A stretch of 64,000 nucleotides of DNA, taken from assembly GCA_010405405.1 (NCBI GenBank), contig MU004232.1, positions 2,065,481-2,129,480 on the forward strand. The letters are read 5' to 3'. Source of the DNA: Microthyrium microscopicum. Taxonomy: Eukaryota. The position numbers and the translations under genes were made by a program. The notes below the pieces were generated by a model, which did not search any database, had not been told where the DNA came from, and saw nothing but the letters and a program-made list of their open reading frames with translations. Shown piece by piece: positions 18,578-30,980 of this stretch. Positions within the stretch are counted from its first letter, which is position 1, and each line of letters starts with the position of its first letter.

Positions 18578-18794
18578 TAGGAAGTTTAGGTTGATATGAG
18601 GTTGGTCACATGTAAAGATATGTTTGTGTAAGATCGGAGAAGTGGGTTGGTCAAAGGAGTGGATTGCTGACTAGCAGCATTTGATGAAACTATGAACTAG
18701 TATCTGGGATCGGTCGCATCGTCGTTGAGATTCATTAAAATACAGAATGCCGCCATTGGTCGTAAAGTCGTTAGATGTAAATAATCCCGTCATG

Positions 18795-19892
18795 TTATCC
18801 CCATGGACTCATGTCACCTGAAGATGAAGGATATGTTACGCTTGGGTAGTATTGTAAGTCGCCATGGTACTCATCTGGTTTCGCAAGTGTTGATAGTACA
18901 GACTGGAAGGCTGAGTTGGAGCCTGGATGCGACCCAGTGGGAAAAGGTTGGTCGTAAGCAGAAATTGGCATAGTCATTGCTCCTGTTTGTGAGTAGCCCA
19001 TTGGATATGCGGTGGGTTGATGCCAACCACTTGCTCCCATGCTCATTGAATAGGACACAGGATTCATTCCATAAAACTCCTGTGCTGCGGTTGCCAATGA
19101 AGCTGATGGCGCAGACTCGGCAGATGTGACGCTTGACAACTCCTCAGCTTCATCCGAAAAAGAAGTTGAACGGGAGCTTCTGGCTAAGCGCACGCCGCGA
19201 TTTCGTCGGCCTGATTGTTCGCTTTGATTGCTTGGTGTTCTCAGAAGACTTGGTATTTGCCGTGCTGTAGGAGACAGCAAAGCAGTTCTAGGGTCTAACC
19301 TGCTCTCCGACGCTTGGTTTCTGAAGAGCGTTCCAGGATCCCTTTCTCGCTGTCTTCGCGACGAAGATGCATCAGTCCTTGTTACTAGTAGTGCCTCAAG
19401 AGACTCTCTTGTCGCCGAGAGGTTTTGCTGAAAAGTCGGACTTGCCAGAGCCGGTTCATGTACTGAAGAAGCACCACTTGTACCAGCAGCCGCATGGTCA
19501 ATCTCTGTCTCATTCACACCAATGCTCAGTAGCAGATTTCGCAATCTTGAAACCTCATCTTGTAGTCGTTTGTTCTCATCTAGAACCTTTCGCGCCGCTG
19601 TTTGCATTTCTGACGACGCCTTGACACCTTGCATATCAAATTCACGTGCTTTTGCTTCTAGCTCTTGGATGTAGTCTTTCCGTCGTTGTCGAGAACGTCG
19701 CTGGTTATCTCGAATTCGTGCCAGATTTGACGCTTTTTGATGACCCTATGAATGTTAGTTCGAATTGATATCAGAGTTGCTTAAATACAAAGTCGTATGA
19801 ACAGTAGGAAGAACACTATCAAAACATATAGCAATCTTGGCCAATTGGCTGCTTTCAGTACTTACAGAATCATCATCTGGAGAGTTTGGCAT
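18795..19892 (-). CDS. bZIP transcription factor
   Basis: Short exon 1 (MPNSPDDDS), an intron, then NLARIRDNQRRSRQRRKDYIQELE in frame with ORF 18795-19634. Confidence 0.85.
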
Positions 19893-21798
19893 GTTCTGTG
19901 ATATCAGTCAAACTGTTACAGATAGTTGAACCGCAATTGCACAAAGATTATATCGTCGACAAGTGGTATGATATAGCTCAATTGAAAAAATAGTGATGAA
20001 CCATAACAAGACTTTCAATGTTTATCATTGACCCATTAAGGAAGGACAAGCAGCCGATCCATATAATAAACTTATATCAAAGTGCTACCACACCTTAATG
20101 GCTCCTAGTTAGTAGAGTAAACCAGCCAGGAGTAAGCCACGGTATATCCCAGTAGCGGCCACGCATACTTTTCGTACATTCCAAACTCACAGACCTGGTA
20201 CATTGAATGATGATGCACAACGGACGGGAAGAAGGCGCAGCAAGAAGCCTGTACTGAGATCCAGACATGAATCGTGCTTCGGCGACTCCATGAAAATTGA
20301 AAGGTTCAGAGTAGATATTGCCAAGGGAGGGAATGAAAGCGGCAGTCTTAGCCAGTGTGCCGAAGTCCAATCACGTTGAGTTTACGGTGCCAGCCACAGC
20401 TCAGACTTGACTGAACAATGTAGAAATATGACTTTTGATGGAGAGTCTCAGAATCATGTAGGCTGAGCCACTGTGCCCGTGGAGAATTTGAAGTTGCATG
20501 GTTTGAGTTTTGTACGGTTGAATGGTCTATACAAGTCTAGACCATCGGATGCGGGTATGGAGCGCTAACCGCTTTAGGACCCAACCTGTCGGATGTCTCC
20601 CTCACATCGTCCGACATCTACTCATTCTAAGTTCTTACAGGCTCTTGCCATCATCAAGATCACGAAGAGCGCATGCCATCGTGCGAACGGAAACAAAATC
20701 GGAATCAAACCGCTTATTTTCGGCGACATTGCTCCAGCTTCGTACGTTATGAGCCGCTTCTTTGAGAAGTTCTCTCATGGTATTAAACCATTCCAAAGCA
20801 AGACAACGGACAAGACCGCTGTCCAATACCTCGTCTATGTTGTGGTCCAATATTTCAATTCTAGAATTCTTGGCGTGACTTACATAGGTGTTTGACGGCT
20901 CGTGGAAAGCAAATAATTCAATCCCTTCAACCATCGCTTTCGCTTTCCATGCATCCCTTGAACCGCTACTACTCTATAGGTCTGTTCAGCCATCCTGATT
21001 GAGTCCAATGCTACTATCATAAAGCTGAAAGTACGTACATTCAGCTTGCATAGGACCTGGAGTTCGATATCATATCGATTATTCGCAATTGGGTTAATCC
21101 ATCGTCACCACCTGTCAAAACATAAGCTTGTGGCGGAGTGGCGTCGTCACTACGCGTGGAACCTTGGAAGACTTCAGATCTCGTGTGGCTGCTTAGAATT
21201 GATTTGAATTATCAAAGATGTCAATGGACAGGTAAGCCAATCACTTTTGCATTTACTAACACTTATGCAAAACTGAAGTGTGCCGGGTTACTCACTTCCC
21301 GGAATGCACCGTGTGCAGCTTCAACCTCCAACGGTTGACCTGCCATCAGCCCCAAGTTACATCCAAAGTCAACCTCCAATATTACTCCACCCTGTCGTGA
21401 TCACTGACAACCTGCAGGCGGCACGAATTAAGCTTCTTTTAGGAACCATTGTCTCGGTTCATTTGTCAATTCCAAGGGTAAGGTATCTCGGGTATAAGCC
21501 ACACTTTTGGATCGATCTAGACTCTCTTCAAAGCATCAGTCCAATAGGGTGGTCAATAACCTTACCTTATACTATTGAAGTACGTACCACAGTACAGCAT
21601 TTCGCTAGAAGATAGGATAAAGTAGGTACTGCTCATCGATGTTCTTCAGTCGCAACACCTCAGCCACATATGTCTAGATATGTAAAGTAGAGCACGGGAC
21701 TGTTGTGTCATACATTGGATAGGTCGACTATCTACCCATATACTTTCGACGAGTAACTACATGTTCTGAGTAGATATCCGCTTGAACATGCTCACCTG

Positions 21799-22830
21799 CT
21801 AGTCATCGGTTGCCCAAGTTGGATCTATCTCTATCTCTTCAATGCCGACACAGCCCTTACCACCTCGAGCAATAACCTCCTTATCAAGAGCCTCAAAGAC
21901 CTTGTCCAGATACTTCTTCTCGCCTGGTATGTCGATGCCCATTGTTCTTCCAGTCTCAGCCATCATGTCGAATGCCTTCCTCGCTCGTTTCGAAACCTTC
22001 TGCTCGTCAGAGAGATACAGCTCTCCAAGCCGTCGTCTCCAGAACAGCCATCTCGCCATGCTGAAACCTTCCTGATTGACACCAGCTGTGGCTGCAAGAG
22101 CACCTGGTGTCATTGAGTTCGCATGTTTACCTGAGCCGTAGGTGTAGCCATCAGCACACAGTCTCGCCAACTTGAAATTGGCGTGGTCCAGCCATTCGAG
22201 GCATGCAGGAAGAAGATCGCTGACGGTGATGGGGCTGTCATGATCCTCCGTAGACGACACCATGATTGGTCTCTCAGTCTCCAGAGTCTCTTTGAACAGC
22301 CATAACGCACAGTGTGCCAACTCAGTTGAACATACTCCAGCCGCACACAGCTTCGCAGTCAACACCGCGAGACACAACCTATCTGCAGCAGTTCGACTCA
22401 TTGCCTCATACGACCAAAAAGCCTGCAAATCTGCTGCAAGAAACGGCAAATCCACCCACAGCCGCTGTCCATTGGACATGGTGACAAGCTCTTCACCATC
22501 ACTTTCCAATACGCCCTTATTTTTGCGCACAAAGGTGCCTAGCTCACGCATCGTCAGAATAAGTGTCACCAGACGATCGTGTTCTGCGCTGGTAGACGGG
22601 GTCGCCATAGCGATGTGAATGAGTTCGTCCCATACATCGTGTAGTCCCTGTTCAATATCCGCCAGTTCAGCGTCTTGTTCGAGAGATTGTGTACCCAAGC
22701 TTAGAAGGCTGTTTTGGAGGTCTTTCCAGGTCTCGAGAGCATTGGATGGGTCGTATTTGTACTCTGCTCGTTTTTCAGCCCGGGTCATGGGTCCAGGTAG
22801 GGCGCAAGAGCCATCTTCGCAGTCTGCCAT
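21799..22830 (-). CDS. Fungal hypothetical protein, DUF3632-like
   Basis: Uninterrupted ORF of about 340 aa with HDRLVTLI, LWVDLPFL, ALWLFKETLE and GFSMARWLFWRRRL, patterns typical of DUF3632. Confidence 0.7.
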   Translation of the reverse strand: MADCEDGSCALPGPMTRAEKRAEYKYDPSNALETWKDLQNSLLSLGTQSLEQDAELADIEQGLHDVWDELIHIAMATPSTSAEHDRLVTLILTMRELGTFVRKNKGVLESDGEELVTMSNGQRLWVDLPFLAADLQAFWSYEAMSRTAADRLCLAVLTAKLCAAGVCSTELAHCALWLFKETLETERPIMVSSTEDHDSPITVSDLLPACLEWLDHANFKLARLCADGYTYGSGKHANSMTPGALAATAGVNQEGFSMARWLFWRRRLGELYLSDEQKVSKRARKAFDMMAETGRTMGIDIPGEKKYLDKVFEALDKEVIARGGKGCVGIEEIEIDPTWATDD

Positions 22831-24412
22831 GATGTTCTTCCGTGTGAGTCGAGTGCTGAAGACTGGAGGGAGTAGTGGCGGCAAGATGTTCGACGGTGCT
22901 AGACGGTGTTGAGTCTTGCTATTGGTGACAACGATGAGTACTGTATATCGTTAAGGAGAGTTTTCAGAGTCCAGTGAGGCGAGAGAGGGTTAAGTACAAC
23001 ATAGTCGTAATAGTCTGGTGTTACGAGGCGGGGGTAGTGCTACTTCATGTCTTGCTACGGAAAGTACAATAGGCGGCTCTAGGCAACATTTCGTGACTGC
23101 CTAATTTGTGCCTGTTTTTGTCCCAGAACAGCGATTGCGATATGATTCTCATATCTGCTGTATCTTCATGCTGATTTTGGCTGTCTTCGTTAATTGAAAT
23201 GTTGTGATTCGACCCGATCAATGTCATCTATATCAAAACGCAACATCACATTTAGTCAACTTCATGTTGAACTTTCGAAGACTTCAATATCCCAGCTCCA
23301 TCAGGATCTTTCCTAAAGTACTCCTATACGTTGTTCTATTGCACCTAACGTCAACTAGACTGATAGTATGCATAGATACCGATATAAAGCTGCAATACAA
23401 AATCTCAATTCTTCCCATCGATCTTGGGAAACAGTCCTACGGTAGAACAGTAAAACCAATCCATGCCATATATAACCCACAAAGTAAACATACTCCGCTT
23501 GCCATACTTACCACAAAGCAATGTTTCCACCAGAGTATTTCCAGAAAGGCCGCCATACAGCGCCAGGCATGATGTTTCGATCCAAGCCAGCGAAAAGGCG
23601 TCTCAACATGACGGACACGTTTGATGTACATGCTGGATAGTTGACGTTTTCGAAGAAGAGGTAGGTCTCTCCATACGGAGTGCTCGATAATCGAATGAAT
23701 CTGGTACGGGGTAGTGTCTGAGTGGAGGATTGGCAAGATGTCGACTCTGATTTGGGTAATTGACTACTAGCAGTCAATAAATGGGAGGCCTATCGTTTAC
23801 GATACGCTATCGACTGATGGATTGACGACTTCGCCGCCAGAGCAAACTGCACGTCTTGTTTCTTACCAGATGTTTGTAGGGCACAGAGAACAAAGGAGAT
23901 GAAAATTCGACACATAATATTTCTAGTAGGTTGCTGGAACGACCCCAGCCTGATTGTGTATATGAGCCATTGGGATACCAGAAGGCAAAGCAGACGCCAT
24001 GGTCATCAAGAAAGCTGAATCCTGCTCGGTTTGAATGAAGAAAAACCCATAAACATGGAAAATGATAAAGACTAAGATTAAACACACGGTTCATAAAAAT
24101 ATAGAGACCATGAGATTACATCTTTGGCCTCGTGTGACAATCTATCCGATGCCGTTGCAAGATAGATCTTTGCTAATTGAGCGATCTCCATTCATGTCCC
24201 ACGACCGCTCTCATTTCGCTGACCGACGAGAACGCCAGCTTGTACAGAAAAAAAAAGGCTTCCATTTCTTGTGCGCCGTTTGCCCAGTGATCGCGAATGC
24301 TCCGTCTAAAAGCTTCCTACTCGTCCAATCCACGCTGATTCGTCGTATCAAGACATCCCCACACCACCTGTGCTCTTGATCTCCCAAAGTTGCGCCTCCT
24401 GCTCGATATCAT

Positions 24413-25375
24413 TTACATGACAGTACAGCAACCACCACAGCCTCGTCCTTTTGACTCGTGGTTGTCAGCCTTCTCTGACATGCCTTGTGCGCCGGGTCCG
24501 CCCGCTGGATAGCTCATCTCCTTGTTATAACGGCGTATTTCGCGAACGATGTCGTAGAATGCTTGCTCGACATTCTTGCGTGACTTGGCTGATGTCTCGA
24601 TGAATTTGCAGCCGAACTGTCGTGCAAGTGCTTGACCCTCTATGAATGCAGTCAATATCGTTTCCACTCTTCAACAAGAATTGAGGCAAGGGCCTGCAGT
24701 CGCAATGCTGGATGGACAGAGAACTTACCTTCAAAGCTCACTTCCCGCTCGTTTTCTAGATCGCACTTGTTTCCAACCACAATAATGGGAAAGTAGTCCT
24801 TGTCCTTGACGCGCAGGATTTGTTGTTGGAATGTGAGGATTTCTTCGAAACTTTGCCGACTGGTTATGCTGTAGATAAGGAGGAAACCTTCGCCTGTACG
24901 CATGTATTGTTCTCTCATGGCACTATATTCTTCTTGACCGGCTGTATCGAGAACATCGAGCAGCGCAACTTCTTCGTCGACAACGCACTGCTTGCGGTAT
25001 GAATCTATTCCAAATGCTATGAGTGAAATGTCCGACAGCCGATCAAATGCCGATGCCAGATGAGCACCACATATTTTCCCCAGTATCAAACTCAGCAAGA
25101 ACTTGGAGGGTCGACTAACCTTCGATTGTGGGATCGTATTCATCGACGAAATGGCTCTGGATGAGCTGAATAGTCAAGCATGACTTTCCGACACCACCTC
25201 CGCCTACAACTACGAGCTTATATTCTCTGAGAAACTATGACGTGTATGAGTTAGCATAGCTTAAGGTCAGACAGGAGCAGGTGAGCAGCGGAAGGCAATG
25301 ACGGGTCTGAGAGGCCGTATGTTCGCTTAGGGGTTCAAGAGCGGAGGCCAGGGCGTTATGTACCTTTGTCGCCAT
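24413..25375 (-). CDS. ras1: Ras small GTPase (Ras1/RasA type)
   Basis: [52 protein letters not shown]-terminal CCTVM CAAX box; four exons. Confidence 0.97.
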
Positions 25376-28267
25376 TGCGAACGGATCGGGATATTAAAAG
25401 TGGTACTGAATAACGAAGTTGATACGAAGGTAATGGGGCGGCAGCTTGTACAGTTGACTAGGAGAGGGCGGAAGCAGTTTAGACAGTTGTAAGGTGATGA
25501 ATTGAAGGGGTATTCTTTGCGCAAGGGAGGTAAAGTTTGCAGAGCGCGGCAAACAGGAGGCGGGCAAGTAGTGGGAGGAGGGGGGCCGTGCTTTTTTGGC
25601 GGTTGAGTCGGAAGACCCAAGTCAACTGGATTGGAATGCTGGAGGAGAATTGGATACCACGACAGAAAGGGTCTCTAGTGGCCTAGATTGGCTAGGTTGA
25701 TCAAACGGATAGAGGACAGCGGTAGTAGTGAGTGTCACAACGGAGGTTTTGGTTGCAAGATTGGAAAAATTATTATTTAGACGAGAGATGGATTATTTCA
25801 CAGGGCGAGAGAAGAGAGGAGTACAGGAGGATTCAAGGCACAAGCCAAAGATTCAATGCGGAGGAAGGTACCTCCCACACCACACTCTCCCTTCGTGCTT
25901 GCCCAGTCTTACACTCACCACCACCGCGAACCAGCTCAATTAGGAAACGACCACACAACAAGACACCAACAGCAAGCAAGTCCAGAACGACCAAGACTCA
26001 AGGCTCGCTCAAGCACACCAAGCGCACCAACTCAGAAAAGAACCACTCAGTTTTAGTTCTGCGCTCTTGATTTTAACAAGGGGCCAGCCAATCACCGCAC
26101 CGATTTATCCCCAGCTGCTACTGCTTCTGCTCCAAGCAGCTCTCGAGCTAAACCTCTTTGAGCTTCATCCGCTGCAATGAGCATGGGCTTTAAACCAACT
26201 CTACGCAACAACCTCGATGCCGAGTCGTGATACGGGGCCGATTAAACCGCATTGTGGGGTTGCACTGGATACCGTGCTCTTATTACCAACTCCACCGTAT
26301 GTTTAAAGTCCGTAACCTTTCTACATCCGTCGTTGAGAATTTGGACAGATCTATACTCTTTTGCGCCGAGAAGATTCGGCCTCCAATCCAATATAATCCA
26401 TGAGGCTGACCAAGATCGACCGTTCCAATCAGGAAGGTACGATTGGCCTAAGCATGTGCTCTTTGCCGCCTCGCTACTCCCAATCACATCTTGATATCGC
26501 TCCAATAATTCCATGAGCCAGCAATCGAGCAACGGTGCTGATTTTCTACAACATGCATCAGAAACATATCCGTATTAGCAATTGTAACGGTGAAGAGACA
26601 CCGTTATCGACTAGCATTGATTTTCTTTTGTTTCTTGTCCCACGCGAGACAAGGATAACAATATATATATTCTTTTCCCAGTCTTTCCACGTGCAATTGA
26701 GGTACAAGCTCCCTGGCCAGCTGAGCTATTCTATTTAAATTAGTTCGACCACTTTTCACCTTGATAGCCTTGTCTAGCTACGGCGCTCAAAGCTTCTAGA
26801 AGTTCTATCGGAAGGCTCATCCAATAATCATTCAATTCCCCCATACCTTTCAAATACAAAGAACCAACCCTAGAAGCATGTTAGACAATTATTACACATC
26901 TGCTATACAATTATCAGCGCACTCGATGGGAGACAGCGTAGTAGTTGACTCCCATCAGCGCTGATGGAGATTCGCGAATAACTTTGTGCAAATTCACTCT
27001 GGAATTCAATAGCGACGGTCAATAGCAATTTCTATCCAAAAGTAAACTGTACGGTTAGCTTGATATTCTTAGATCTACCGGTACTCGATCAATTGGATTT
27101 TTGTACTTGTCATCTGACACGATAATGGAACTTACTCCATAGAAAGACATGATATCTCTTTCAACTCTATTTCACAACGTATATTCCACACTCCTACACA
27201 TCGCACAAATTTTTACAAGCAGGCCAAATAACATTCCCCTTCCGACGAACTTTTACCGAAACATATAAACATCCTCACCTCCGAAGTTCTAACTTCAAAT
27301 CCAAACTCTCAAAAACCTCACATGCTGCCATTTTACCCGTCCACAAACCTGTCCACGACTCGTTCTCTAAGCCCACTCAACACACTCTGACATTTCCTAG
27401 CGCACTTGAGATACTTGACCTGCGGTTCCTAACCTCCATCATCCCACCATGCCAAACACGGAGAATTCCCTCGCAAATCCATGCTAACGGGCCCGTCTGG
27501 ACTGTCCATGGACGAGTCGGGTTTTCTCGGACCAGTACCATCTGCACTCCAGCTGCACGAGGTCGACAGTTCATGCGGGGAGACGTAAGGGTTTTCTGCT
27601 TCACTAGATAGCTTGGCTTGCATGGGGAGACGGACGATTTGGTTCGTAGCTAGTATGAGAGGCACTTGGGGAGATCTTGATGCTTTTATATAGTATGCTG
27701 TTGTGCAGTGGCACTGGCGGGTACTAACGTAATAGATCGGTAATGTACCAGCTACCTCTATTGTTTGCTAATCTTATAAGTCATTAAGTTAGGGTACTTT
27801 GGATTGTAGACTTTGAGAAAAGGAGGATGGAGGGAGGATTCGCTTCTAGAAGCGAGTTTCGTTACCTATCAATTCAGCAGATATTGACACCAGCTCCCTG
27901 GGGCAATGAATGCTGCGGGCTTGAATAACCTTGTTGCATTGACTGGTATTTTCTATCTATATTTTGATCTCAGTTCGGTGAATTGCGACTCTATCAGACA
28001 GAGATCCCTTCAAAGCAAAAAGTACCTTAGTTCACCTCACACTTCAAAGTAAAGTAAGCTCCTTGGGTGCTACACCTATTGTATTACTTCATTCAAAGGA
28101 TAAGTTCTGTCTAACGGGTTCAATAATGTAGTAGACATATAATGCACTCGATAGGAAGCATAGCAGTGTTTAATTGAGAAGTACTGTAACAAAAGTCGTA
28201 GTTAATGGAAGCGACACCTGAACTGGTTGTGCATTACTTAAGTGCGTATAAAAACGCCCCGCAGAGC

Positions 28268-28274
28268 AAAAAAA
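28268..28274 (-). terminator. Pol III oligo-T terminator of tRNA-Gln
   Basis: T7 run on the minus strand about 43 nt downstream of the tRNA 3' end. Confidence 0.6.
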
Positions 28275-28316
28275 GAAGGTTCTTTTAACTTAGAAAGTTA
28301 CGGCTTGGCCTGAGAC

Positions 28317-28453
28317 AGGTCGAACCGGGGATCGAACCCGGGTCGTGAGAAGACGAAAGTGATTTCAGAATCTCATGTGCTACCCTGGGACGAGTTAGCA
28401 TCTTCCAAAATGCTGACTACTCTTGAGGAAAACATACACTACACCATCCAACC
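28317..28453 (-). tRNA. tRNA-Gln(CTG) with a canonical 13-nt intron (28352-28364) and a 53-nt spliceosomal-type D-loop insertion (28385-28437)
   Basis: After removing both inserts: GGTTGGA TG GTGT AGTGGTA GCAC A TGAGA TTCTGAT TCTCA CGAC CCGGG TTCGATC CCCGG TTCGACC T. All four stems pair fully (G-U allowed). Anticodon CTG at 28368-28366; U discriminator. Confidence 0.9.
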
Positions 28454-29243
28454 AATTTTCCGAAGAAGAATATCCAGGATTTCGGTCCATTAGATACATA
28501 ACTCTGCGTGCTTCACGTTACCGCAAACGCCACAAATGGTGTAAAATGCTCTTACACTGACATAGAGAAAGCTTACCTCATAGACAGTTAGACAAATTTA
28601 CTGCCTTTTCTGCTTTGTTATATGCTCAATTTTCAAATTTGGTTTTTTACAAATAGGCAAAAAGCAAGCTCGAAAATCGTCGCCCAGAGCACAAGCGCAA
28701 AACGCTGCTGTCACTGTTTCATAAAGGAGCGTTAGGTCTCCCATGATTTCTAGACTCCCGGACGACGCCCTATGGCAAGTAAAGCGCTCGCTAATGGCTA
28801 AGGCATATCTCGCTCAGATGGGAGCATATCACTTACTCTCTTTTTCCTGAATCCTGAAGTTGAGGTCCTCGACTCCACTGGCTTGACTAGTAACAAACTC
28901 CCATTTAGTATGATATCTGGCATCGCACTCCATAAGGGAAGACGCTTTTGCTCTGACATATGCTTCGACTTGTCCACCGCCTCACTTGATCAATCAGAAA
29001 TAAAATATGTGAATATCTAGTCCGATGAAAATCACACAAATCGTCTTATTGCCGCGTCATTCATCAGCCACCTTTCAAGATGGCTAAGCCACTGTCATCC
29101 CACTTGCACCAGCCGTGCGCGCTCGCCATCCCTCGTTTCTCTGGCATCCATATCACAACACCATCCATTTGAGAATAGAGTACTGGCTTCGATTGCTGTT
29201 TGCTCATCCATTTCTCATATCTGGTAAATCCCCACGTACGGCA

Positions 29244-30760
29244 ATGGTCGAGCCTGATTCCGGGCCTGACAATCCGCACGTCCCAAAGTTGCCTGCTGGT
29301 GCGCATTGCTCCGAGCTCTAGAAAGTCAACAATATGCTAATTGCTTACAGGCTGGATTGCGCAGTGGGATTCCAAGTACGTGACATTCCTAAACGGCAAG
29401 CTCATCGCGACTGCCTGCGTCGGCATGACCGCAAGTCGTCACTTTCCGTGACCAGCCACCCGATCGTCACTTCAAAGCAAACACCCTATCAAACACAACG
29501 ACGACCGTCTATTTCAACGGACGTTGCTGACTTCTCTATCAACCATAGCTCGCGAAAATACTATTACGTTCAAATATCGACCGGTAAATCGACCTGGGAA
29601 ACCCCTACAACTATCGCACCCGGCGTTGTCACAGGCAGCACCAGCACCACACCCGCACAAGGGACACCTTATTCGCCCCCAAATTCGCATTCCACAATGT
29701 CCGGAGAGTATAATCAAGAGGGAACGAGAGGTATGGAGCATGGCGAGAGTACAGATAGAGCTGGCGGATTGGGAGTGAGTGGCATTCTTTCAAGGGATAT
29801 ACTAGTCATCAACCAATGAAGTCTGACATGATATAGGGAATGGCTATGAACATGCTCTCAGGAGGTGGCGGCAAGCAGTCGGGAAGTCTCGTGGGCCAAC
29901 TCGCTTCGGGACTGCTAGGCGGCAATTCCAAACCATCAAGTGGTCATGGTGGTAGCTCACCAGGTGGTAGTTTTGTAGGCAACCTAGCCTCTGATTTCCT
30001 CGGTGGTGGGAGCCACAATAAGCCAACACAACAGAGTGGGAATTCTTCAAGTGGAGGTGGTTCCGGCGGTGGTATGCTTGGAAGCATCCTTGGTGGAGTT
30101 CTAGGTCATGGAAGCCACTCCCAGAATCAGAACTTTGGATACTCTCATACGGGCCAAAGCGGCACATATTCTGGACAAGAACCTCCGGCTACTTATCCTT
30201 CTCCAGCAGCACATGGAGCATATGGAAAACCTCAGCCTGTAGGACAGCACCATAATACACAGCCATCTCAAGCACCTCAATCATATGGCAACCAGTCAGG
30301 CTCGTACAACGCGCCTACCCCTGCGCAACATCATCAAGGTGGATATGGACAGCAAGAGTATGGTAGCCATAGCCAAAGTCACAGCCCTTATCCAAGCCAG
30401 GAGCCACCTCGTCCATCATACAGTAATCAAGGGAGCTCATACGGTGGACCTCAGGGACAATACCCAAGTCAACCACCACCAGGACAATACCCAAGTCAGC
30501 CGCCACCTGGACAATATTCCAATCAACCGCCGCACAACCAATATGGTACTCCTTCTCATGATCAAGGCCAGTATGGCGGTCAACAACAGAGTGGAGGTGG
30601 ATTTCCTGGACAAGGTCATGGCCCGGGTAGTGGAGGTGGTTTTCCAGGTCAAGGCCATGGCCCAGGTAGTCATCACCAGCAACAAGGGTATAACCAACAG
30701 CCAGGAGGCTATGGTCAACAGGGCGGATATCAATCGGGTCCTCCCCAACCTCAATGGTAG
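29244..30760 (+). CDS. WW-domain protein with Gly/Gln/Pro/Tyr-rich tail (Wwm1-like)
   Basis: Spliced small exons give LPAGWIAQWDSNSRKYYYVQISTGKSTWETP (WW domain). Three introns, then low-complexity ORF 29840-30760. Confidence 0.85.
30455..30667 (+). repeat. Coding tandem repeats: about 3 x 27 bp (GQYPSQPPP) and 2 x 39 bp (SGGGFPGQGHGPG)
   Basis: Visible in both DNA and translation; copies differ mostly at synonymous positions. Confidence 0.85.
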
Positions 30761-30980
30761 ATTTCGTTGCACGTTCCTGATTCAACCACCGGTTCTTTTG
30801 CTTTGATGGCGGAGCGGTGCTGGAAATCCAGCTTTTGAAACCCATGTTTGGAGCAGCATTGAATGAGTTTGTGAATGGCTAAACTCTGTTTTCATATATG
30901 TATTTTGGTTTCGGCCTACGACTTTTGAAAATGCATATCTTTATGTTCAACCTATTCATTTTTTGTCCACTAATCAGCGC

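Noticed and set aside
20593..20993. Overlapping ORFs of about 100 aa on both strands with a GTAAGT site
   Set aside because: The splice models tried hit early stops, and no recognisable domain is present.
27322..27612. Possible two-exon small gene after a TATA-like sequence
   Set aside because: Needs a poor donor (GTCCAC), and the product resembles nothing I recognise.
26952..27855. Two perfect 16-bp palindromes (CCATCAGCGCTGATGG at 26952-26967; TCGCTTCTAGAAGCGA at 27840-27855)
   Set aside because: About one such palindrome is expected by chance in 64 kb; the two are unrelated and have no supporting context.
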